A stretch of DNA of 63,912 nucleotides, counting the filler, from Folioceros fuciformis (lineage: Eukaryota), in assembly GCA_049999805.1 (NCBI GenBank). It is 13 parts of 13 records of this genome, joined end to end, with 100 filler letters (N's around TTAATTAATTAA, not from the genome) between each part and the next. Parts side by side here need not be neighbours in the genome. Positions count along the whole stretch, not along the records: positions 5,811 to 13,610 come from JBNGIO010001317.1; positions 13,711 to 15,795 come from JBNGIO010001319.1; positions 15,896 to 19,963 come from JBNGIO010001320.1; positions 20,064 to 22,788 come from JBNGIO010001321.1; positions 22,889 to 36,983 come from JBNGIO010001322.1; 8 more parts are not named here. The stretch is one strand, 5' to 3'. Below the pieces are notes generated by a model, which made no database searches, was not told the DNA's origin, and saw nothing but the letters and a program-made list of their open reading frames with translations. Positions within the stretch are counted from its first letter, which is position 1. Every line of letters begins with the position of its first letter. Shown here in pieces: positions 12,301-24,392 of the stretch. The position numbers were made by a program, and so were the translations under genes.

Positions 12301-13610
12301 TTATCCTTGTTGACATGTCCAAGCTGAGCATGCCACAAACTTGCTTCAGACACCGAAGAGGTAACAAACACTGCTGGGTTTGTAGTCAAGTTCAGTTGAT
12401 ATAGTTCGTTAACAAATTGTCCCTGAGCAATGCACCTTCCAGGTCTGGACAAGTCATAAGTGCAGCAATGACCTTGCTCAAAGGAAAGACCATATTTTCC
12501 AGACTAAGTGGCAGCGCGAACAGATAACAAGTTCTTCGACATAGCTGGCACATATAGAACATCTTCCAGCAAGATTTCAGATGCATTAGGCAAGGTAATG
12601 GAGACTGAACCTACTCCTCGTACGTCTACTCCCCTAGAGTCCCCCACGTATATTGACTGTGGTGCTACCTCCGTGATCAGTGTGGCAAACAGATTCTTGT
12701 TGTTACACACATGAGACGTGGCCCCGAGTCAATGAACCAAGAGTAGGAAACTTCAACAGAGGATGATAAACAAACTGTTACAATTAAAACAGTCGAGCTA
12801 CTCTTATGTGAAGCCGATCCCTTGTCCTCGGCAACAACATGTGCCTCAAAATGAGGATCCTTCTTAGGTTCTCCTGCCTTTTTCTTGCGACAGTCCCACT
12901 CCCAATGGCCAGGGATCTGACACCAATGGCAAACTCCTTGACGTTTGCTGGAGGGGGTTGAAGAAGCAAAGATGCTCTCAGTTGGAGTCTGGTAAGATCT
13001 CTTTTCTTTCCCCTTTCCCTTAACAAACGGTTTTCCCTTAGCTGCAAATAAAACCTTCTCACCTCTAGAGCAAGAACCCTGACCTGGCTTGTGTCTACTG
13101 GCCTCCTCTTGCAGAAGAGCCCCGACAACGACATTCAGATTTAGAGAATACGGTTTATTTACAGCAGCAGTGGCATATGCAGCAGCGAGGGCCGAGTTTT
13201 GTCCTGAAATGAATGTCTGATAGGATGGAGGTAAGGCAGTCAAAGTTGGGCGACCATTTGAACCTCGCTAATCTTGGCTCCTAGCGTAGACAATTGTGCT
13301 CGCATCAGCCTCAGCTTGGTGACACCGGGTCCAACAAGTTCTCCTTCTCGAATCCTAAACGAGTGGAAATCACTCCTGACATTCATTAAGCTACAAACAT
13401 TCTGCACTTCGTATGCGTCCTTGAGTTGAGTCCAGACCTCAGCTGCTGTAGCCAGGAACTCAACCTCAATGGCAGTCGTGGCATCCAACCCAGGAAATAA
13501 GATGGCAAATGCCACTTTGTTTCCTTTATCCCATTTCAATTTGTCATCAGCTGTAGGTTGAACAACTGATGTAGCTGGTACACTGTATGGATTAGGGATA
13601 TTGCCATCAA
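9370..13610 (-). mobile_element. Ty1/copia element A gag-pol, disrupted by frameshifts and stops; 5' end lost in gap
   Basis: Domain order gag (CHWCQIPGHWEWDC knuckle), protease WFIDSG, pre-integrase LWHAQLGH, integrase LVHAD..RTDNGGEF, RT YKSRLVARG/MDVCTAFLHG/YGLKQS/YVDD, RNase H DADWA..TEAEY..RTKHI. Confidence 0.96.
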
Positions 13611-13710
13611 NNNNNNNNNNNNNNNNNNNNNNNNNNNNNNNNNNNNNNNNNNNNTTAATTAATTAANNNNNNNNNNNNNNNNNNNNNNNNNNNNNNNNNN
13701 NNNNNNNNNN

Positions 13711-14626
13711 AGAATACAGCGTTTTGCTCTTCATCGGGATCGAGACTCCGAGGTTGGTTATTTTTCGTTCTACGTGGGGAGGATGGAGGACGTGCAATTC
13801 TTGGCCTCCATTGGTAAATCCGAGGGAGGACGATATTGTAAGCATCAGGAAGTGTTGCTCAGGAGGAAGATTATACTGCCTCTTCAGAGGCAAAGACTCG
13901 ATCGGTGCTGGTGGCGCCAGCTTAGAGATCTGGAGATTCGACCTGGAAGCTCAGGAGTGGACCTTCATTGACGACGTTTCCTGTGAAAGTCTGGACATAG
14001 AAGGCCAGTTCTTAAGCATGACGCTGGCTGGATGTGGCGACAGGATCTTCCTAGTTGTCACAGGCAGTGAAAGAAAACTTGTGGCGGACTTACTTGCTCC
14101 ATGTGCGGCGATTGTCGGCACACTTACCGGAAGAATGTGGATATCGGACATGTTTCATAGAAGGGGGATTGCAACCATCACAAGCAGCCAAAGAGTAGAG
14201 ATAATGGACAGATTTGGAGCACCGTGGGCCCTCGGACCTACCGAAAAAGTGTACAAGACGGACTCAGATGGTAGACCGATAAATAATCTTGTTCGAGTTT
14301 TCGAGTTGTTCGGGCATACCTCGTCCACCCATCACCAGCAGCCCAGATGGGAACGGATGTCGGATATGCCACCTGAACTTCTAGGCAGCATGCGCACAAC
14401 AAGACGCTGCCACCCTCGGTTCTACAAAGACCTGACCATTATGGATGCTGATGAACGCGCTATCTATTTCAGCCGAGATGAGTACTTCCCTTCTCAAACC
14501 ATAGTGATGTTTGACCATATCCACCAGATTTGGGAATTGTTGGAAGAGATCCCGACCAAGGGCATGCCTGCATGGTCATATGTCGAGGTCCTCACTTTCA
14601 AGCCAAACAAAGATGTCCAGCCATAA
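13711..14626 (+). CDS. F-box protein paralogue 1, C-terminal about 300 aa; 5' part missing in gap
   Basis: Colinear with the C-terminal part of 16094-17572 (IWRFD.EAQEWTF, GQFLSMTLAGCGDRIF, QQPRWERMSDMP, TFKPNKD.QP). Confidence 0.85.
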
Positions 14627-15321
14627 AGCTCTCTGAATCCGCCAAGCTTTCATATCCAGATCATGAAGTTTGTTTATTACCAATTACTACCATTTAATAG
14701 AGTTTAGGTTTTTTTTTACTTAAATGTACACATACTTGATTTTAAATGTTACTTATTTAAGCAAGCATTTTCATGCATCCAGGTGAATCGTAGATCTAGC
14801 CAAAATAGAGATATTAAGAATTTTCATAAATGATACTCAAAATTCTAGTGAGAAAAAAACTCTGTCAATCATTAGTCTTAAAATTACTCTTGCTCTTGGA
14901 TTTATGTTATATTTTTCTCTCATAATTTCAAACGTTCAAGCATTTGATCCACAAAGAGATAAGCTGGAGTGCAGTCCAAGCCAAACATCTCAAGATGGAA
15001 AATACGTCAAAGATTCTTACTACTTCTTCAAGTATAAATTGTTAGCAATTTTAGTGGTAAGTTAACCCTTTCTTTTTCCATACCATGATATTTTAAGTGC
15101 TATTGGTAGTCATTTCGCTTCAAGACATTTAGTTCCTAGGGTCCCAGTCATGATCTACCTCGCTCTTTAGAGGTAGATTAAGTTTTCTTTCTTATTTTTC
15201 TAAAATAAATAAAAACCTTGGTAGTTGTTCATGCCATTGAGCCTTTCTTGTACACAAATGCCAACTGGTTCTCGGCGCATAGTTGTCTTGTGCTAGCTGG
15301 TTCTGGCATGCTAATGAAATC

Positions 15322-15355
15322 CCTAATACTTTGAATTTAAATTCAAAGTATTAGG
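15322..15355. repeat. Perfect 34-bp palindrome CCTAATACTTTGAATTT|AAATTCAAAGTATTAGG; paralogous copy at 19188-19227
   Basis: Self-complementary by direct reading. Confidence 0.9.
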
Positions 15356-16093
15356 AATATAGGGCGAGGAAACAAATAAAACAAAGACTAAACCCTATGA
15401 TTGCTTGTGAATTAATTTATTGTGCCGGGATTCTCACCGGGCCCGTGAAGTTGTATCATGTGTGGGACTTATTATGTGGTGTGTGCCTAGCTTCAATTTC
15501 TCCTTCGCAGATAGAATTCCACGAATTTGTCGTAATACCTCCAGTCACCCCGAATTCGAAGAAGGTGGAACGCCCAAGAAACCAGGGCTGTGAAAACATT
15601 TTGCGGATCGTTTCCACTCCTGGATCTCCATTGTCCTGGAGCAAGACGTCGAGTGGTCTGAAGCGTGCTGCTGATATTTCTCACACACAAGTGCAAGATA
15701 CATGCAGACTGCCTTCAGTGTCACCTGATCGGAATCTCACATTGAAGAAGGTGGAACGCCAAAGCAACCACGGCTGGAACGGATACTTTGCCTGTNNNNN
15801 NNNNNNNNNNNNNNNNNNNNNNNNNNNNNNNNNNNNNNNTTAATTAATTAANNNNNNNNNNNNNNNNNNNNNNNNNNNNNNNNNNNNNNNNNNNNGGTGG
15901 AACGCCAAAGCAACCACGGCTGGAACGGATACTTTGCCTGTCCATTCCCCTGCCCGATCTCGATTCTCCAGGAGAATCGAGATCGAGAGATGTATGTAAC
16001 ACTGTGCTCTGCCTGCAGAAGGTCCTCGGCAGACAGAGAAAAGGGTTTGTTACAACTTGATACGGTCTGCCGACATTTTCAGCGTGCACCGGC

Positions 16094-17572
16094 ATGATGG
16101 ATGGTGGGGGCGAGTTGGTGGAGAAGAATTGCTTGCAAGATTTGAATAACGGGATATTCGATGTTTTCTCGGAACACATTCTACCGTGTTTGCGCTATTC
16201 CCACCTCCTATCCGCAGAACTGGTGTGTAAGCGTTGGCGAGAGGCATGTAGCTCGTGTAAAGTGCGGACGACTGGTACCTGCTTGGTTAAGTATTCCAGT
16301 TTCTTGCCTGCGATAGTTTTGAGGACAGTAAGAGCAGGACATGTTTATGGTAGTAATGACATTCTACAAATCCACAATCCTCTCTACACAAGATGGTTGC
16401 GACAGCGTGTACCAACGTGGCCTGCTGTTGGTCCATGGGACGGGTACGACCTGTTGGAAGCAGGGAATAACGGGCTTTTGGTTTTGTGGAGATGTGTGCG
16501 GGTTTTAGGGAGAAACAGGTTCCAACGGTACCGGCATTACGTGGAGGTGGTTAACCCGCTGTCGCCACATACAAAACGAAGATTGCCCTTTTGGGAAGAG
16601 AATGATTCACAACTGAAACTACTGAAGATGGTTCAGTCGGAGGACGACCGCAACGCAGCCCAAGAATACAGCATTCTGCTCTTCATCGGGATCGTGACTC
16701 CGAGGATGGTCATTTTTCGTTCTAGGTGGGGAGAATGGAGGACGTGCAATTCTTGGCCTACACTGGTAAACCCGAGGCGGAACTGTATTCTAAGCATCAG
16801 GAAGTGTTGCTCGGGAGGAAAATTATACTGCCTCTTCAGAGGCAGAACCACGACAATTGTTGGTAACGCCAGCATGTACATCTGGAGATTCGATGTTGAG
16901 GCTCAGGAGTGGACCTTCATTCATGAAATTTCCTCTGAAAATCTGGACATTGAAGGCCAGTTTTTAAGCATGACGCTGGCTGGGTGTGGCGATAGGATCT
17001 TCGTAGTTGTCAAAGGCAGCGAAAGAAAACTGGTGACGGACTTAGTTGCTACGCCGACGGCCAGAACACGCAGCGAAAGAATATGGATATCGGACATACT
17101 TGGTGAAAGGGGGATCGTGACGGTCACAGGCAGCCAAATTGTACAGATAACGGACTTACATGGGAGACCGCTGGCCCTCGGACGCAGCAAAAGAGTGTAT
17201 AAGACGGACTCAGCTGGTAAACCGAACATCAGTTTCTTGCGAGTTTTGGAGTTGGTAGGGCATAATTTGGACACCCAGCACCAGCAGCCGAGATGGGAAC
17301 GGATGTCGGATATGCCAGATGAGCTCTTACGTAACCTGCGCACATCCAGATCCTTCTACGCTCGGTTCTGCAAAGACTCCAGCGTTCTGGATGCTGATGA
17401 ACGCGCTATCTACTTCACCCAAGGTGAGATCACCTCTTCTCCAAACATAGTGATGTTCGACTATATCCATGGGTTTTGGGAATGGTTGGGAGAGATCCCA
17501 ACCAGCGACATGCCTAGAGCGCCATTGGTTGGGCTTATCACTTTCAAGCCAAACAAAGATGCCCAACCATAG
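16094..17572 (+). CDS. Intronless F-box protein, 492 aa, with beta-propeller-like (kelch/FBA-like) C-terminus
   Basis: N-terminal F-box pattern L...IFDVFSEHILPCLRYSHLLSAELVCKRWRE; NGLLVL and VVNPLS...RLP motifs typical of plant F-box proteins; W-terminated blades. Confidence 0.88.
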   Translation: MMDGGGELVEKNCLQDLNNGIFDVFSEHILPCLRYSHLLSAELVCKRWREACSSCKVRTTGTCLVKYSSFLPAIVLRTVRAGHVYGSNDILQIHNPLYTRWLRQRVPTWPAVGPWDGYDLLEAGNNGLLVLWRCVRVLGRNRFQRYRHYVEVVNPLSPHTKRRLPFWEENDSQLKLLKMVQSEDDRNAAQEYSILLFIGIVTPRMVIFRSRWGEWRTCNSWPTLVNPRRNCILSIRKCCSGGKLYCLFRGRTTTIVGNASMYIWRFDVEAQEWTFIHEISSENLDIEGQFLSMTLAGCGDRIFVVVKGSERKLVTDLVATPTARTRSERIWISDILGERGIVTVTGSQIVQITDLHGRPLALGRSKRVYKTDSAGKPNISFLRVLELVGHNLDTQHQQPRWERMSDMPDELLRNLRTSRSFYARFCKDSSVLDADERAIYFTQGEITSSPNIVMFDYIHGFWEWLGEIPTSDMPRAPLVGLITFKPNKDAQP

Positions 17573-18629
17573 AGCTCTCCGAATCCGCGAAGCTTTGATA
17601 TCCAGATCCTGAAGTTTGTTTACTACCAATTATGCGGCTTCCAAAAATCATGTACATTTAACAGCTGTGTAATAAAGGGTTTCTCCTCGTACCGTCTTCT
17701 GCTTAGAGAGTTTTTTTTCTATGCTGAATAATTTAAAAGAAAATGACCATTTCACAGAGTTTAAGAGCTTCTTTTAAATAAATATAAATATACTCGATTT
17801 TAAATGTTTCTTGATTCAAGGGTTTTCATGTACCAAGGTCAATCGTAGATCTATCCAGCATACTAAACCTCATAAACCTCAAAATTCTAGTGAATAGAAC
17901 TGCTAAGAATTTCATAAAAGATACTAAACATTCTAATGAGGAAAAAGCTTTTTCAACCGTTTGTCTTAAAATTACTCTTGCTCTTGGATTTTTATTATTT
18001 TTTTTCTCATAATTTCAAACAAAAATTTGTTCAAGCTCTCATGCTCTCGATCCATATGGTATGCTAGAAAGAGATACACATCATCAGCACTTGGAGTTGA
18101 GTCTAAGCCAAACATCTCAAGAAGCAAGATACGACAAAGGTTTCTACTGCTTTTTAAGTGCAAGCTGTTAACAATTCTAGTGGTAAGTTAACCCTTTCTA
18201 CTTCCAGACCATGATATTTTAAGTGCTATTGGTAGTCACTAGGCTTGAAGGGGGTTAGACCTAGTGTTCCGATCATGATCTATCTCCCTCTTTTTCCCCT
18301 CTCGTCTTTATAAAATAAATAAAACCTTTCCCTTCTTCAAGATCATGAGGAGAAAGATGAGGACTAGTAAACATTGGCTCATATTCAAACTACAAAGGTG
18401 CACAACAAGGATAGAACATGATAAAACAATCTTTGAAATTAACAAATCCTCAAATTATAGTAAAATATTAGAAAAATATTAGAAAGTTATAGAGGGAGTG
18501 GCCTGCCCTTACACGTGCCAACCTCTTAGAAACAAGATTTTTTTTTAGCTAAGCATGTATGTGTATTTAGAGTTGGTAACCATGTGGGTCTTTTGTGTTG
18601 GTAAGCATGTGTATATTTGGAGTTGGTTG

Positions 18630-18896
18630 ATACACACCAACCAATGCTTGGGGTGCCATTGCATTAGGCACACACCAGCCAATTCCTAGGGTGCCATTGC
18701 ATAGGGCACACACCAACCAATTCTTTAGGGTGGCATTGAATAGAGCACACACTAACCAATCCTTGGGGTGCCATTGCATTGGGCACACACCAATCAATTC
18801 TTGGGTTGCCATTGCATAGGGCACACACCTACCAATTCTTAGAGTGGCATTGAATAGGGCACACACTAACCAATCCTTGGGGTGCCATTGCATAGG
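18630..18896. repeat. 38-bp minisatellite, about 7 copies
   Basis: Unit gcacacaccaaccaatccttggggtgccattgcatagg starting at about 18630, 18668, 18706, 18744, 18782, 18820, 18858. Confidence 0.9.
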
Positions 18897-18907
18897 GTAG
18901 CCAGCTC

Positions 18908-19115
18908 CTAGCTAGGAGTTGTTCATGCTCATGAGCTATTAGTAGCACTTTTAAGTTAGGAGTTGTTCATGCTAGTGAGCTATTAGTGGCATTTTTTAGC
19001 TAGGAGTTATTCATACTAATGTGCTATTCATGGCACTTTTTAGCTAGCAGTTGTTCGTCCTAGTGAGCTATTGGTGGCACTTTTTAGCTAGCAATTGTTC
19101 ATGCCAGCGAGCTCT
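18908..19115. repeat. 44-bp minisatellite, about 4.7 copies
   Basis: Unit tagctaggagttgttcatgctagtgagctattagtggcactttt. Confidence 0.88.
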
Positions 19116-20063
19116 TGTTGTACGCAAGGGCCAACTGGTTCTTGTTGCATACTTGTGTGCACCGGCTGGTTTCAGCATGCTAATGAAGTTCCTAATACTT
19201 TGAATTTAAATTCAAAGTACTAGGAACATTGAAAGAAGAAAGAAAAAAAAAAAGACTAAACTTGGAATGATTCGCCCTTTAAACAACCATTTGTAGACGC
19301 ATCGAAGGTCACTAACATCCTTCATATTACTCGTGCGCTTGTGAAGAAATTGTTTCCAGAACATAAAAAGAAAATATTTGTGTAAAAAATATACAATAGT
19401 AAGCTTTTCAGCAATATCATCACAGATTAGTTCAGACTACTTTGAATTACTTTATGGAAAGCGATGCAATTCACTAGTTCAACAAAGGAGCAACTGACGC
19501 AACAGAATCTACCCTAAATTTCATAAAACATAGTCTTTTGCTAAAAAACATAATGTGCTAAAATTACCATACATTAGAAGCTTCATATGTACTCACCCGT
19601 GCTAATCCTTAGTGTTCACACCATATGTGGTCATTTCTGCAAGTGGGTTCCACATTAGAATGAATTTTCTCTCTTGAAACCCGATGAAAGATTATTTAGG
19701 GCCTACAAAAAAGAATAAAATAATTAAAACATTACAAAACATTATTAGGATTTTCATTAAAATCTCATTTGACTAAAGAAACCCCTTTTATTTTAGACAT
19801 CATTTAATGTACATTAAACCACGAGGAGGGGAGAGGGACTCATGAGGACTAGCTCATAGCACTAGCCTTGGGGGATCATAACGCCTGGGAGGAGGAGGGT
19901 TCACATCACCAAGTGGGAGGATAAGGTGGAGGCGAGGCTTATAGTGCAAGAGGGGTAGGAGCTNNNNNNNNNNNNNNNNNNNNNNNNNNNNNNNNNNNNN
20001 NNNNNNNTTAATTAATTAANNNNNNNNNNNNNNNNNNNNNNNNNNNNNNNNNNNNNNNNNNNN

Positions 20064-21180
20064 TAGCAAGGCAGCGCGATCATCAGGGTTGGGAAGCATC
20101 GGCTTGGAGGAATAAGCGGGAGGCGCAACAACGACTTGGGGAGAGTGCGTAGCAGCCGAGAAGGAGGCAGGCGTCTGAGGGAACGAGGATTGGAGTGGAG
20201 CGGAGGATGATGACTCAAACATGGCTAGCGATTTCCATTGCGCAGTGGCCCAATATGGACCATTGGAAAATAAGAGCTTGCGGTCTTGTGCAGGAGCTGG
20301 GTTTGGAGTCCATGTAGAAGAAGTGGTGCTATGACAGTCCCACTTTGGTGATGGAGTGTGCTAGCTACTTGAGGAGCAATGTACAGGGAGGGACGTTGAG
20401 GCAAAGGCCATAAGATTGGAGTCAGGGACTCTTTCGGGCAGTTTACGGAAGAGGGGAGGCTGAAGAGGGGGACTTGGTAATGGATCTCCAATGGAAAAAG
20501 ACCCTGAGGGAAGCATGTGGAGTCCACATGGTAGATAGATCCCCTAGAAAAATGGTAGTGTTTGTTTGTTTTTGAGTTTTGATTGAATTCCTTGGGAAAG
20601 TAGTTAGGAAACTAGGCTAGGTAGGTCGGTCAGGACGTGGGTAGTGGTTGTGGGCGGAGGGTGAACGACTAAGTCATTGTTGTGCATCGGGTGTGCGTAG
20701 AACCCTAGGCCTGTGCGTGTGAGGCGGTCGGGAGGTGTTGGAATCATATGCGAGGGTTGCATGGCGCAAGAGCCAGCAGTGAGGATGGCACTATCGTGTC
20801 TCTTTCCCGGGCTTCACCTTACGGGTGGCGGGGCTGCGGACTTTCCTACAAGAGGCACAGGCCGGGGGCTAGGTTAGCATATCCAACTGAGCTGGATCCA
20901 AGAGGAGGGTAAGTTGGGTGGCACTGGTGAGTAGGAGAGGCACCGACGGTGCAGGTCAGGGCAGAAGGTGGCCGAAAGGGCGGCTATAAGCAAGGCCAAC
21001 AGCCGGACCACAGGAGGCCGGTCAGGTCAGATGCAACCTCGACCGAAACCATCTTAAGAGACCGGAGAGAGGGTCAAATGGCAAGTGGGCGGCCACCACG
21101 GGCTAGCGGCCAGGCAGTTAGCAGGAGGGTAAGGAGGCAACTCGGATCAGGCTAGAGTTGGAGGGCAGGTAGCCGGCTGG
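20064..21180 (-). repeat. Dispersed repeat shared with 43515-43735; probably a decayed non-LTR element 5' region
   Basis: About 220 bp at 20517-20745 (gtggagtccacatggt...gaaccctagg) aligns with 43514-43735. Confidence 0.6.
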
Positions 21181-21189
21181 CTAGCGTCC

Positions 21190-22720
21190 ATACAAGCGGC
21201 CTGTCCGCAGCCTTGAGAAAGCATGAATGAGTGGAACTTGTGATACCACTCCCTGGGTGCCTGCTTCAAACCATAAAGGCTCTTCTTTAACCTGCACACC
21301 AGATTCTCTTTGCCCTTCTCAATGAAACCCTCTAGTTGCTGCATGTGTACCTCTTCTTGGAGATCACCATGCAGAAATGCCGGCTTCACATCCATTTGGA
21401 CAAGTTCCATGTCATTCCTCACAACCAGAGCAAGCACACGTCGCAAAGTGGTCATTTTGACAACTGGTGAGAAAATCTCATCAAAGTCAATACCTTGCTG
21501 TTGCTTAAAACCCTTAGCAACCAATCAACTGGCGAAAAAATCTCATCAAAGTCAATACTTTGCTGTTGCTTTAAACCCTTAGCAACCCTTTTCTTGACTT
21601 GGGAGCCAACTTGTCCCGAAACTCCTTCGGAACATGGTAGTATGCCTCGCAGCCAAACACTCGTAGATGCTTGTATGACGGCTTCTTTCCAGACCACATC
21701 TCCTCTGGAACCTGCTCATCCACAGCCTTATTAGGAGATCTGTTAATAAGATGCACCGTAGTAACCGCTGCTTCTACCCAAAATCCGTTAGGCAATCCAG
21801 AGTTTGACAACAAACTACGCATCCTCTCCTAGATGGTCTTGTTCATCCGTTCAACCACACCATTCTAGGGAGGAGTATACAGGGCAGTCAATTCTCTCAT
21901 AATTCCCTTGGAATCACAGAATGACTGGAAAGCCTTCGAAACATACTCTCCTCCATTGTCCGTCCTTAGACACTTTAGTTGGAGGCCAGACTGCCACAAG
22001 GGTGACGAATTTCTGAAACACTGTGAGAACACCATCCTTTTTCCTCAAAGGATAAACCCACACCTTGCATGAGAAATCATCTATGAAAGTGACAAAATAG
22101 GATGCACCGCCTAATGATACATTGGGCATAGGTCCACAAATGTCACTGTGAACCAATTCAAGAGCTTTACTTTTGTGTTTACCTCTTGCTCCATGTGGTG
22201 ACTTCGTTTGTTTCCTATACAAACAGTGCTCACACACGAACGAAATTGGAGAAGTCAAAAGAAAGGACGTAACCAAAACGAGATAAGATCTTCATTCCTT
22301 TTTGAGACATATGTCTTAACCGACAATGCCACAAGGAAACACTTGGCTATTCCATTATACAAATCACATGATCCTTGATAGTGGTTACCTGAAGTGAGTA
22401 CAAAGTGCCACACTTTGATCCACGAGCTAACACAAGAGAACCTTTGGAGATCTTCCAAGAATTATCCCCAAACCAACAGTGGTAGCCAGCGTCATCCAAC
22501 TGCCTTGCGCTAATCATGCTTTTTGTCAACTTTGGAACATGCCTAACATCCTTTAGTTGGAATGAAGATCCGTTGTCAAACTTCAGCTACACATCACCAA
22601 CACCTGCAATCTCGCATGCGTAGTTATTTCAAAGCCGAACATATCCTTTCCTAGTAGCATCATAGGTGCTAAACCACTCCCTATGCGGTGTAACATGGAC
22701 AGATGCTCCAGAGTCAATTT
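21190..22720 (-). mobile_element. Ty1/copia element B pol remnant (protease, integrase, partial RT) with internal deletion
   Basis: IDSGASVHVTPHREWF; LELVHSDICGP..FIDDFS; HLRVFGCEAY; RT GIDFDEIFSPVVK, MDVKPAFLHG, LYGLKQAPREWY. Confidence 0.93.
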
Positions 22721-23362
22721 TGGAGCTCATGAACCTAATGTGGGGGTGTCAGTGGCGGGAACAGTCCACAACAGCGCAGCCAACGAGCNNNNNNNNNNNN
22801 NNNNNNNNNNNNNNNNNNNNNNNNNNNNNNNNTTAATTAATTAANNNNNNNNNNNNNNNNNNNNNNNNNNNNNNNNNNNNNNNNNNNNTCTGGTAAGGTT
22901 GTGGGGGGGGAGATATCCAAGAGGGGAGTGTGTTCCCTTCTTTCTTTCCTTTGGGGTTAGTCTAGTGACTCTTGCTGGGTAGGAAGAGTCAGTAGGGCAA
23001 TGTAGAAGGTAATGGTGTCGTTGCTGGTGTTGGTGCTGGAGTAAGAGAGTGAGTGAAGTGAGTGAGGGAAGTCGCAGATCTAAGAGGTTAGGGTCGTTGT
23101 AGTGACAGGAGTGAGTTTGTGGGCACCGAGAGAGGTGCAGCTGACCGCCGGACAGCGAGGCCTGTCCTACGCCTAATCGGAGCTGGAGGGGAGCCCTCGA
23201 ATCCATCATCGAGTCGATCAAGTCCGACCCTCCATCCACAGCAGCAAGGAACCCCATCGCTCCTTCGTGGGAACAAAACCCAATGTCTCAACGACAGTGG
23301 GATAAGTGTGGCCACTAAAGGTGGAACCCGTTGGCAATCAGTGCCCGGGGTTTTGCCTCCAC

Positions 23363-23599
23363 AGAGAGCCAGAGTAACACTTTACATGCTCTCTCAATCC
23401 AATGCTTGTTAGCAATTTTTTGCTCCTGTGATGGAGTACGATCCATCTCCGGTTCACTCTCATCACATGTGCAAAGGTCCCAATAGCCTCTACCTACGAA
23501 GAAGTTCTTCATCCTGAAGTTCCACAAAGCAAAATTCTTATTATCCAACTTCTCTCCCACAACGTGAGAGATATTGTCTGATCCATGCACGTTAGCCAT
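23363..23599 (-). mobile_element. Copia gag N-terminus, truncated (probably element B)
   Basis: EKLDNKNFALWNFRMKNFFVGRGYWD, typical copia gag start, downstream of the PBS. Confidence 0.85.
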
Positions 23600-24129
23600 G
23601 ATTCAGGCTTCTTTACGCGCTAACACTTGTCCTGCACCTCAATTTAGTTGCCTTCTCTTGCTTGCTGTGCCACCAAGTCCCTTGTGGACCGATTGTCAAA
23701 ACACTTTCATGCGTCTTCCAACATATGTTTTTGACAATCTTCAGTGCAACTCCCTACACTGCTGTAGAGCTCCAGCACTCCACAAGCCTCAATCAGATCT
23801 CAACAATTCCTGAATGTGCAACTGAATCTTCGTTAAGCAAAAATAGCCTTTGCTCAAGCTTTCAAAAAAACAAGAAAAAGTTCAAGCCTTCCTCCTCGCA
23901 AATCCTGGGCCAGCTGTGGCTTCCACGGCCTAGTTCCCTCCAGTCGTTGCTGCTCCTCCTGAGTCTCTCTCCATCTCGCGCCTCTCGTGCGCTCTTGCGC
24001 CTGTGGCGCCTATTGCGGCTTCCTACGCCGATGCGCCTCTCAATAACTTGCGTTTCCAGCCACCTTCACACTCATGGCCAAAGCCTCAAACCCCCGCCAT
24101 AGCCACCATGGCCGCCGGCGCTCTCTCTA

Positions 24130-24141
24130 GCTCTGATACCA
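24130..24141 (-). promoter_or_regulatory. Primer-binding site for tRNA-iMet (TGGTATCAGAGC)
   Basis: Exact canonical PBS abutting the LTR end CA. Confidence 0.92.
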
Positions 24142-24392
24142 TGTTGAAATAGCACCACTAGCTTAGATGGACTCCACAAGACATTACTTATGGTGCACAG
24201 GATGCTGCATATATACCCTTCAGGCGGGGCAACCCTCGATAAGGTAAGCCTTAGTCTCGAGGGTGCAATATCCTAGTGTATCCTGATAACACTTAGGTGG
24301 TAGATAACTATGAGTTCAATATGGGATAATCTACACTATCCTAAGTGTTGTATGCTGTTAATAACAATTCAGTTAGAGCTTGATTTCTAACA
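24142..24392 (-). mobile_element. 5' LTR of copia element (TGTTAG...CAACA, 251 bp)
   Basis: TG...CA termini, followed directly by PBS and gag. Confidence 0.8.

Noticed and set aside
15750-15941. 46-bp direct repeat flanking the gap
   Set aside because: Identical ends on both sides of a linker indicate unmerged contig overlap
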